In this document: piece by piece, positions 54,201 to 64,000 of the stretch
Numbering within the stretch: the stretch's first letter is position 1
How the letters are laid out: each line of letters starts with the position of its first letter
NCBI GenBank assembly: GCA_012295275.1
Contig: CM022674.1
Location: 8,742,001-8,806,000, forward strand
Direction: 5' to 3'
Length of the DNA stretch: 64,000 nt
Origin: Chrysomallon squamiferum
Taxonomy: Eukaryota; Animalia; Mollusca
Made by a program: the position numbers and the translations under genes
The notes under the pieces: model-generated
Seen by the model: the letters and a program-made list of their open reading frames with translations, nothing else
What the model was told of the DNA's origin: nothing
Databases searched by the model: none

Positions 54201-57200
54201 TCTGTAAACCAAAACGACTTCAAAACCAAACTTATTTCGTGAAACAATGTTCTCTATAGCAAGACAGCAGTCTGGTTATTCTGTGAAAAGTTTTCATCAT
54301 TCACCTAACTCCTTTATGTTTATGATTATTAGGAATGAGGTTAGTATATTTCTTGTCATTTATATATTATATAAATGACCAGATAAGCAGCTATGAATTA
54401 AATATTTTATTTATTTTTTGTATGTATACTTCTTGCGAAGGCTATTATTTCAAACATCAATAAAATAAACACTTCTCTAAACCAAACAACTGATCTGATC
54501 TCTAGGGTGTTTGGTTTACAGGAGTTTCACTGTGTGTGTGTATATAAATACACACACATAATCTTGTAGTTATAAAAAATATTTCAGAATGGCTGTTATC
54601 TAGTAGAATTACTGTTCTCACAAAAATCAGAAATGTTAACTATTTTTATATAATTTTTTTGTTATTTTCTTTTTTTATTGTCTTTACACTGAAGGAAACA
54701 GAATGTGAAGTTAAGCAGATGAAGTATGAACAGATGGATACTTTTAAAAAAGCTTCTAATAATATTCGTTGTCATTAAAATAAGATTAGAAAAAGAAATG
54801 TCATGATTGAAATAATTAAGTACTGCATTTCAGAACAAGTAAGAAAAATTTAGATGCTGGTGTCTGGAGTCTGAAACTTTTGATATAACTTATAAAAAAA
54901 ATCAGTTACCACTGTGTATACTTGAGTGTGTGCAGTTTTTACTCTTTTTAATGTTTGATATGTATGGAAGATTCTCTATTTCTTACAAGAAATATCATTT
55001 GTTTTGCATCTAGAACACTGCATAAACATATCATTTTTATCATACAACCTTAACATACCTCAATTCAGACAATTCTTCAGAGTATTTTAACTTAAGGAAT
55101 ATTAAGCACAGCAGACTATGTGAACAAATATGTCAACTTCCACGTTAAATGTATTTTAAGTGGAGCTAGTGTTGTGTTTAAACAATATGCTTCAGAAAAT
55201 ATCTCGATGTGTAGGATAAATAAATACACACATATTCATTTACAATCGGTGATTCTCATTACACATTTACAAAAAATCATTTGACTCATGCTTTCACTCT
55301 CTGTGTCTCAGATTATATTTCTTGGAACCCGATTTTCGCCTCAGTCTAGACATACTCAGTCTCTTTCGGATACCTTTACATTTTTTATTTATTTTGTCCT
55401 CTTCTTTATCAAGCCTACAAGTTTTGTCAAGTGGGGCAGGCGAATTTTCCTTGTCATCCAGCTTGCGCTTGCAATCTTTAATCTTATCAGAGGTCCTTGA
55501 TGGACTCCTCATTCTCATCAGACTGGTTTTAGTGTGCCTGGCAAACTTTTGCAGTGGTGTAACCACAACTCTGAGAACCCTATTCTGCTCTGTCCGTTTA
55601 ACATAATATTCTGGCAGGACATATTTTGAGGTGGGGGTGGGAGATGAAGAAAGTATGTCTAGATCTGCAACACTGATGTGGCGGTCTGCTGGTGTACTAC
55701 AACCTGCTAATGAAGCATCTGCAATGCCCGAGTCAGAAGTACCTTCTCTCAGGAGAATTTGGCTCTCCAGACTCGCCAGTTTCTCATTCTTGTTACCAAG
55801 GCGAGTTTTGCTCTCCTCTAGTGCCTCACTGCTCTTGGCTAAGGTTGTCCTCAGATCACAAAGTGTTTCAGCCTGAAAACAAAACTTTTAAACATTACTA
55901 CAAAACATCATATTATTACATCACAAGATGCATAACGTCAGGGATGGAATTCAGCTGTTGTTGTATGTAAAACACTGAAACCCCAGTTTAAACTTTACCT
56001 GTTTAAAAAACACTGACAAATTAGTTAGCTGTTGTTACTGATGAAATACTGACAGACAAGTCTAAGCTTTACCTGTTGTTTTAGTTTCTCCTCATCTTCC
56101 TGGCAAGCTGTCTTCAACTTCTCTATTTCCTCCTCCTTCTCCTGGAATGTCTCTGCTGCCTCATGCAACATCTCAGTCAGATCTGTAATTTTTGTTTCCT
56201 AAAACAAAATCAAAAACACAGCTCTCAGTAAGCCATTCATAAAATCACTTTAAGTTCTTTTTAAGGATCTCTGCATCAAATTACAATGGATATTTGATTA
56301 AAAAAATAATAATAAAAAGAATAAAGTGCATATATATTTCTTACCTAGCTTAATATACTTTGTTATTAGCAATAGTGACTCAAAGAAAAAGCAATTGAAT
56401 CAATTACTAATTTAAAACTGTTAAATTTTTACTTTTTATATATGGGGATATAATTTTAATTAGGATATTAATGCTTTTTTTTACCTGTTCTCTAATAGTT
56501 TCTCTAAATCTCAGGTTTTCTCCTAGTACCTGCAAAAGAAATTCATGGACAGTTGGATAACATAACGGTAGATACATGATAATATTTATTTATCATTAAG
56601 TTCTTATGAAGTTATATTTATTATTCATCAAGACATGAGGGATTTCATCACTTAAAAAAGCATCAAGAAAAACTGATTTTAGTATTTCTCTTTTAGGAAT
56701 ATTTTAAAATTAAGGAATATATATATATATAAGAATTCTTTAATTAAATTATCAGATGTTAATTTCATACCTGATTCATTTGTTCTTTCAGTTCTTTCAT
56801 TAAGCTTTTTTCACTGAAAGACTGAGAATCAATATTCTGTAACAAAAATTATTAAAATGTTTAATATTACATTATTTTATTAAGTTGAAAATACTAACAA
56901 ATATCAAAAGATGAAAAGGCTGTAACAATTTCTTATTCCATCCATTAATCAAAATTTTTATTAAGTTTATCAGAGGCATGTAAATTATTGCCTGTGGGTT
57001 GATTTAATAATAATAAAAAAAACCTAACACTTTGTAGAAATGGATCTAATCTTTGATTTAAAAAAAAAAAGTGAAAAAAAGTAAAATGTATGTTTTATTT
57101 GTTTAAAATATACACATTCATTTTACATTAAAAACTCCAGAATGTTGTTACTTTTTGTGATATTCGTTTTTCTTCAGCTAACTGGAACTGTAGAGATGTT

Positions 57201-60200
57201 TTCTCTTGTGTCAGAGTCTCTACATCTTTGTTCAGCCTGCTAATCTGAGACTGCATTTCTTCTAGCTTTTTGTTTAATTCCTAAACAAATACAGAAATAA
57301 CGTTTTATTATTATAATTATTTTTAGACAAATACCAAACTTCATTAATTTCAGATTTTCATTTATTTTTATTTATATTCACAACATTGAGTTCTATTTAT
57401 GAAATGTTTTCTTTACAAGTTTCACCTAATAAGTCACAGCTGTTATACAATTACATTTTTAACTTTTACCTTTGAAAAATCCAGACTCTCTGCTAAACAA
57501 ATTTAATATATTTTTGTGTCAATGATCAGCTGGGTTTTTCATTATAAAATTTTAAAAAGTAAATGAATATTCAATTTGTTGATTAAGACCTTCTGTGCTT
57601 AATGTCCTGATCAAGGTAAAATGTTCACCTACCTCAACTTTGACTTTTTCTGCATGAAGCAGCATAGAGGAAACAAACTCATCGTCATCATCATCATCTT
57701 CGTCCTTTCTTCGACGTTTGTTTTTGTTCACTGTTGACATGAACAGTTTCACACGCATTTCTTCTTTTTCTATTTCTTTCTCTCGGATTCTTTCACTTCA
57801 AACATAATTTGAGGAAATATTATTTACAGTAATTTTTTATTTGCTAAAAGTTAGCTATAGAAATGCTTTTATTTTATTTCACTACAAAGGTTGTTTTCTT
57901 AGACAATCTTTAACCTTCATTAATTGGCAAGTTATTTATTTTAGCCATTAACCGAATTAGTGGTTTTGCTAAAAACAATGATAATTATGGCTACCTGCAT
58001 TCGTCTTCAATTTCAATAATCTGTCTCATCATTTCCTCACACACCTCCTGTCGAATCTGAGCTTCTAATCGTATCTTGCTTCGTCTTTCTTCATTCAGTT
58101 TGTTCTCAAGAGCTTTTATTGTCGCAAGAAGATCCTAAAAAAAAAAAAAAAGAGATTTAAAAACTGGTGAAATTCATTACCTTTCACACTGCAAACTTTG
58201 TTGTACATTATTTCTGTGTAATGTACATCTAACGTTTGATGGGTCACTTACGTCTATTTCCTGATCAGTCTCCTCTAGGTCACTGTCATCATCTTCTGGC
58301 AACCTGACATTCTGCACCATCTGCAAGTCATTGTCAATCTTCCTTAGCGTGCGAGGGGTTGGAGGTGCTTCCCATGGTATTGAAGGGCGAATTGCTGGAT
58401 ATTCTTTAATGCTAGTCTTTTGAGACATTTTGGGCTTAGGGTCTTGTTTCTGAACCACAACAACCTAAAGTGAAATTTTTGTATAAAATAATCAACTTCT
58501 GAAATGCCAAAACAGAAAATTTAACAATAATTAAAAAATAAAGATATGGATAATGGAAATCCAAAAATTATTAAAATGGCAACCATCAAACATTAGCAGA
58601 ACACTTTTAAACAATATAGGTGGATAATTACTATGATAATATTATACTCTGCAACTAAATCTTCTATAAACATTCATTTAAAAAACAAAAGTTATAATAA
58701 TTTAGTAAAGAAAAACAAAAAGAACCACTAAAGGCATTCAATGGGATTTTTTCAAAAAAAAAAAAATACTTTTTATATCACTTGTAAAATAACATTCAGT
58801 TTCCTACCTGTTTTGCAATAGCTGAGAATTTGAGTACGTTCAGAGTTTCATCAAACATGCTGCCACACTGGTTCACATTCACTATCATCGCAGCTTTGCC
58901 TCGACCACAAAAGAAATTCTGGAACAATCTTGTAAGCTTACTTTCACGGAATGGAACGATCTTAGGATGTTCTCTGGGAAATACAACATGATAGTTTGAT
59001 AGACAGAAAACAAATTTACTCAGAAACTGAGTATGGAAATGGAAGTGTCAAATAAACTAAAGATTATTATCTTCCTAGGGTAAATACCATTACTATTATT
59101 TTAGTTAGGTCACACTATTTCTTTCCTGCTTTTATTTATTTTTTCATTCACAAACCAGGGATTGTAATGAACTAAAATAAAAATTAATTATAAATAGTGC
59201 AATTTTAGTTCCAATTATGTGCCTTTTTTTATATTCTAATTTTGTTCTCTTTTTCAAAAATGAAAACTTATTTATTGAAAAAAACTAACTTGTGCAGCTG
59301 GTTATATCGAAGAAGATCGATGCATCGTCCAAGTGTCATTAGTGACGTGTTGATATTCCCAGCCTCTTTTAACCTATCACCTGTCGCATGAGTTTTAGAA
59401 CTTCGCTCTGATCCAGCCAGATCACAAAGTGAAAGCCTACGTCAAAAAACAATAATTCTTTCAAAAATCACACATTAAATAACTACATCTGGTTTGAAAT
59501 GAGATAATGATTTTCTGTATATGTCCTCACATCCAAATTTCAAGAAAAGAAACCACTCACATCATGATCTATATACATTGTTATTACTGTGACTTTGTAA
59601 AAATTAGGTATTCAAAGAGAAATAGCTCAGCTATGTAATTCAAAAACAGCAGTTTATTATTCACTATAAGTGTGCAAAATACAAGCTCTAGCTTTTGTAA
59701 TGACTGAACAGATTGAAACAATAATCATCAAAAAACTTACTATTTCAAGATGTTCTTTAATTAAATGCATCAGATTTAACAGTGTTCAAGGAAGACACTA
59801 TTTACTTACATGCTAACTCTGGCAAAATGGGGATTCTGACAATCGCTCACTCTTATTATCTTGATATTGAAAATGCAGTGACTAAAAAAATAAATAAACA
59901 TCTTCGTGAATAATTTCTCTACCTTTTTCATAAATGCACATGACATAAAATTCAGGCTGTCTTCAAAGAGTGACAAAAGTTTAGTAATGTAAATACCACA
60001 TTATACATATTTTATAAAACAGATTTAAAATTTTTGTAAATTAACTGTACAAAATAGTATACAGTCTGACCAATAAGAACATATTAAAAATATTAATACT
60101 AAATATACTTTCTCACCTGCGAGATGAATTATGATTCAACTTTGTACAAGCCATTCTTAAATTTTTCTGTCCAACAGTCAGCAGTTTATATGCTTCATCA

Positions 60201-62609
60201 GCATTTGTCACACAAATCTCTTTCAAGCCTAAAAAATTAATTTTAGAATATTTATTTTCATTACAAATAATGGTCCAAACATTAGTAAGTAACTGATTAA
60301 TATAAACACAATTCTGAATGAAATAAAAATTATCATGTCAAATTTCTTGATAGCTGAATAATGATGTAATAAGCACTTTGAACACAAACGTTCTTGCCCA
60401 AGCACATTTTGCAATAAATCTAATTAAACTTTTACCTGACTTATAACTATTTTATTAAACAAATACTACGTCACTGCAATGTACCTTTGATATACGGACT
60501 TCCATTTTTATCATCTCTAAGACCAAGAATAGGGCGTCTGGAATTTTTCTTTTTTGGGATGGGATCAAGCAGGTCAAATATCTGTTCATTGTAAATCTCA
60601 GCAAAACTGACCCACACAGAGAATCGAATCTGTCCCTGGTCCGCCACGCTGACTGCAGTTTCCTCCCGGATACGGTTTTCAAAATCAGCAAACAGGTCAC
60701 TTGTGTTGTCAGTAGACTCTGAAATAATAATAAAAAGAAAAGATATAAAACAAAATACAATTTTTTTTAAGATTTAATAACAGCTTATAGCTGATTGATA
60801 ATGTTACTGAAACTGTGGATATATCTTTGAAATAAAACACTAAGAATGACAACAGCAGAAATAACATTATAACACAGCAAGTTTGAAAATCCAACAACAA
60901 AAAAAATTACCCAAGTGACGTTCAAAGTTAACTACGTTAATAAAGAGTAACTTTTCATTTTGATACTAACTATTATTCTAAATTTGTTTTGATATACTTT
61001 ACCTTTATGCTGTTTATCAAGGGCACTAGATACATTAGAAGAATCTGATGAAACCGTTGAATTAATCACAGACTGGTCTGAGGCATTTTCACCAAGAAGT
61101 GTCATAACATCTTGATCCTTTAACAAAACAGCATTGTAATTTTAATAAGCAAATATTGAAAAATAGCTGTCTCTTATTAATAATTAAATAAAACACTGGA
61201 AGCTACACAGCTAAATTAAAAAAAAAAAAATTTTATAGTGTAGCAAATCTAATAGATTATTTCTATAGTCACATATTTTTGGACATTTCTTCATTACCAC
61301 AACTACACACTTGGTGTGATGAAAAGCATTAAATGTCAGATTCAATACCATTTTTAAATTTGAATATTTTCTATGACTCACATCCTCAGAGCACATCTTC
61401 ATCACTTGTTCTTTAATCTTATTCTCCGTCTGAATCTGATTTGGAGTCAGCTTACATACATCCATGAACATCATTGGTTTGTGGTTCACTGCGCTACACT
61501 GCTTAGAATCAATGCTGTTAAACAACACATCCAGTGTCCGAGGCAAAATACCAGCATCACGTGGCTTGCCTGGATAGGGTTAATAAAATTGGTAAAAAAC
61601 ATTGTCAGTAGTTATTATATCTGAATCTAAAATTATATTTTCTGAAAAAATATATTATATATTAAAATAATAATAAGTGTAATAATCCAGGTGGTGAAAG
61701 AAAAAAAGGAATTGATTAAATTTAATTAATTGATCTAAATTATGAAGATTATCATTCAAAAAATAACAATCATATTAAATATGCATATGAAAGATTTACA
61801 ATGGGTAATATTCTACAAACTAACCTTGAATTGTGTAAGTTTTTCCAGAACTGGTAATACCATAGGTAAACACCAAGCAGTTCTGTCCTTCTATAAAGTT
61901 CTGCACGAGGTCAAGCATAGAGGAATCAAAAAATTCTTTCTGTGTTGTTTCCTCTGGGAATATTTTAGAAAAAGTGAACCTGTGTATTGTTTTTCCTAGA
62001 CCATGTGAAAAGTTTCGGTAAGTGTGAGAGTCTTTGGGTGCAGATGTAATTAATGTGTGTTCATTCTCAATCCTAAAGCAGTTCTGAAACACACAAATTA
62101 TGTTTTCACTATTAACTGACCTCTAAAACCAGATTTTTCTTTGTTTTGCATACCAATGTATGTCAGTGAAATAGTAACATTATTTTAAATATATTTTTAA
62201 TTACAATGCAACAGTAAAATAATTAACGGGAAACAAATGAACTTGAATACAAAATGATTATCATATTGTCATCTAATTATTTATTTATTAGAAGTCAAGA
62301 TATAAAAAAAAAATTGAAACCAAATTAAGATTCAGAAAATTCCTCTATTTATCAAATAATTCTAAACAGTCTTTTCACAGCACAAGAAAATGTTATTACC
62401 TGATTTTCTTTTCTATCAAAATCTGCTTGAAAGAAAGGACGAATACGCAGATACACTTTCATGTGTTCTGCTAAGTGAATTAAGTCATTTTTGTTGAATG
62501 TATCCAACAGATTCTTCTTAGCTCCAATAAAGTCGACATCATCATCAATCACTGACTGACAGTTTGGATCTTCCAGAATATCTGTGAACATTCGTTCTCT
62601 TCCTGACAT
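40906..62609 (-). CDS. KIF20B: Kinesin-6 family KIF20 (KIF20A/KIF20B-type), long isoform ~2514 aa
   Basis: Motor motifs [18 protein letters not shown], the long loop-6 insert, [17 protein letters not shown] and VPFRESKLT. Shared exons: 62609-62400, 62083-61825, 61569-61382, 61117-61003, 60718-60485, 60228-60117, 59881-59810, 59436-59290, 58973-58808, 58464-58252, 58134-57995, 57795-57633, 57280-57152, 56836-56771, 56529-56485, 56198-56073. Long-form exons: 51736-48801, 48152-47948, 47665-47513, 47181-47019, 46790-46665, 46313-45606, 45322-45240, 44691-44587, 44380-44291, 43768-43637, 42902-42750, 42480-42381, 41562-41459, 41007-40906. Tail motifs [29 protein letters not shown] and [13 protein letters not shown]...HEVVTRQLR resemble KIF20B. 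Confidence 0.9.
42131..42310. repeat. 50-bp minisatellite, ~3.6 copies, in KIF20 intron
   Basis: Unit GTAATTTAAATATTTTATTATAATACAGTGGTGTACTTTATTGCTGTCAC starts at 42131, 42181, 42231 and 42281 (partial). Confidence 0.92.
43290..43543. repeat. Diverged ~120 bp tandem duplication in KIF20 intron
   Basis: TCATCCCAGT...AAGTATGTTGTA...ATAAATGTCC...AATTTCTGGAG occurs at ~43290-43405 and again at ~43412-43543. Confidence 0.7.
44460..44506. repeat. (TG)n microsatellite
   Basis: Read directly. Confidence 0.95.
46336..46471. repeat. (TA)n/(CA)n compound microsatellite
   Basis: Read directly; it begins about 20 nt upstream of a KIF20 splice acceptor. Confidence 0.95.
53598..54028. mobile_element. Degraded inverted-repeat element (MITE remnant)
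   Basis: Left ATTTC...AGATGG(TG)GCAGT...TTGCAG...CTGGTGACTTT and right AAAGTCACCAG...CTGCAA...ACTGCCATCT...GAAAT are reverse complements with indels. Confidence 0.5.
54176..54532. mobile_element. Tc1/mariner (pogo/Tigger-like) MITE remnant
   Basis: Begins TA|CAGTGAAC and ends GTTTCACTG. Subterminal CTGTAAACCAAA and TTTGGTTTACAG are inverted motifs. The right TA TSD is obscured by a TG run. Confidence 0.55.
55294..55872 (-). CDS. Alternative terminal exon of the KIF20 gene (short ~987 aa KIF20A-sized isoform)
   Basis: TTTTCAG acceptor ending at 55873, then 192 open codons in phase 0 with the 56073 donor ([25 protein letters not shown]...DSGIAD...DKENSP...KKYNLRHRE*), with coding-like composition and a TGA at 55296-55294. 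Confidence 0.75.
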   Translation of the reverse strand, partial: AETLCDLRTTLAKSSEALEESKTRLGNKNEKLASLESQILLREGTSDSGIADASLAGCSTPADRHISVADLDILSSSPTPTSKYVLPEYYVKRTEQNRVLRVVVTPLQKFARHTKTSLMRMRSPSRTSDKIKDCKRKLDDKENSPAPLDKTCRLDKEEDKINKKCKGIRKRLSMSRLRRKSGSKKYNLRHRE

Positions 62610-63676
62610 TGTGAAGTTATTTGTATGAATCTGAGAGTGTAAAAAAATAATCATAATAATTAATACTGATAATGATAATTATTTTTTATATTTGTCAAAT
62701 TTCATCTGTGTATTCACAGTTATAAAATCCTTATAAAATATTCAATATTGAATTATCTTATCAAATTAAGTAGTATTATTTTTAAAACTGAAAAGAGAAA
62801 AATAAAACTTGACTTCACTAATATCTCAAATGAAGCAAAAGTTGAAATGCATTCTTTTTTCTTTAAGTAGAAATTGAATTGTTACAATGACAATTTTAAT
62901 AATATAATATGTGTTTGGAATTTTTTGTAGACCTTATGAATCTAATTTCAGTAAATAATGTAAATCTGGAAGAATGCTAAATTTCATTATAACACTAAAT
63001 TTATTTGCTCTTAGAAATAAACACATTAAATATAAAAATTATGTTCTTATTCCTTCTTTATTATTCAGACAGTCTTGTGATTCTATTCCTCTCAAATAAA
63101 AAAAAATAATATTAATAATAAAAAAAAAATAATAATAATAAATTAATAATAATTCATTGTCAAAATAATATGTTTCTGTTTATATGTGTGAACACGTACA
63201 CTATATCCATTAATATTATATTATATAATGATATATGTTATAGAAAGCTACTGACAATGAATCGATGAATGACTTAAAAACTTAAAATATTTTATAAAGT
63301 AATTAAATATTCATTTTCACTAATACAATAGTAACACCATGATTTGGTCAGTCAGTGAATGAATGATCGACTTCTGTTACTGAGAAGACTAGAAACAGAA
63401 GCCGAGATGTGACTGATTTAATATTTTATAATTCATTAATTCAAGTAATTGTTACGATGTTAGTATTTGTTGCTGTTACTAGTGTAACTGTTAGAGGTAT
63501 GTTTGTTCTTAACGAAGTCTATTTAAGTATTTTCAACTGCCTAAGATATTTATTTAATATAACTTAATGATAATTAGTAATAACTTAGCGAATAATTAGA
63601 TAATCGATCACAATAAAACAAACTATTAATTTTAAAAAGAAACAACGCTAAACCTTTAATTACTGTTCAATCTTAC

Positions 63677-63785
63677 CAAGATAAATAGCAAAACATTGCA
63701 AATCTCATCAACATCTTCTTTCGCGCTGTCTCTTTTAAATTTATCCAATCAGGAAAAGGCGGTGTATGTAAAAACCGGAACAAGT
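63677..63785 (-). promoter_or_regulatory. Putative KIF20 promoter and non-coding first exon with cell-cycle motifs
   Basis: Donor GTAAGA at 63676 (minus). TTTCGCGC (E2F-like) at 63719-63726, TTTAAA (CHR variant) at 63734-63739, CCAAT at 63745-63749 and CCGGAA at 63775-63780. Acceptor for the first coding exon at 62631. Confidence 0.5.
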
Positions 63786-64000
63786 TACAAAATAGAAATG
63801 ACGAAAAACTATATATTATTTTAATAGTTATATTATTTAAAGTGATCTTACTTAATATATATAATAACAAAAATTAATTATATGTAATAAATCATAAATA
63901 AACAACTAAAAGAGAAAACTGTATTCAATTTAATTTCTCTTAAATTAAACATAGTAATTTGTAATTAGCTCTATACTATAGACTATAGTCTGCATAATCA

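Noticed and set aside
58135-58181. Apparent ~46-nt mini-intron in KIF20
   Set aside because: It shifts the frame into a stop; the GTAAGT donor at 58251 gives a 117-nt intron and the correct frame.

Overview
AT-rich, intron-dense animal genomic DNA, probably an invertebrate and possibly a mollusc (inferred from gene content, not proven). Six protein-coding genes were reconstructed by hand from GT-AG splice sites and reading frame: RNF207 (minus, runs off the left edge); COPA (plus, 31 coding exons, head-to-head with RNF207); a single-coding-exon PhyH-type 2OG-Fe(II) dioxygenase with a C-terminal membrane anchor; an uncharacterised LRR protein ending in a CaaX box (minus); TRAIP (plus, 3 coding exons); and a kinesin-6 KIF20 gene (minus). 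The best lead is KIF20. One phase-0 donor at 56073 can splice either to an in-frame terminal exon (55872-55294), giving a ~987 aa KIF20A/MKLP2-sized motor, or to a 2.9 kb coiled-coil exon and 12 further exons, giving a ~2514 aa protein with KIF20B/MPP1-type tail motifs. One gene may therefore encode both forms that vertebrates split into two paralogues. Other notable items: a young ~1 kb long-TIR element with a 4-bp TSD (Sola2-like) in a COPA intron; two convergent Tc1 transposase remnants forming an inverted repeat downstream of a putative spliced minus-strand promoter; and several MITE remnants and micro/minisatellites. No rRNA, tRNA or CRISPR features were seen. All homology statements come from remembered sequences, not database searches.
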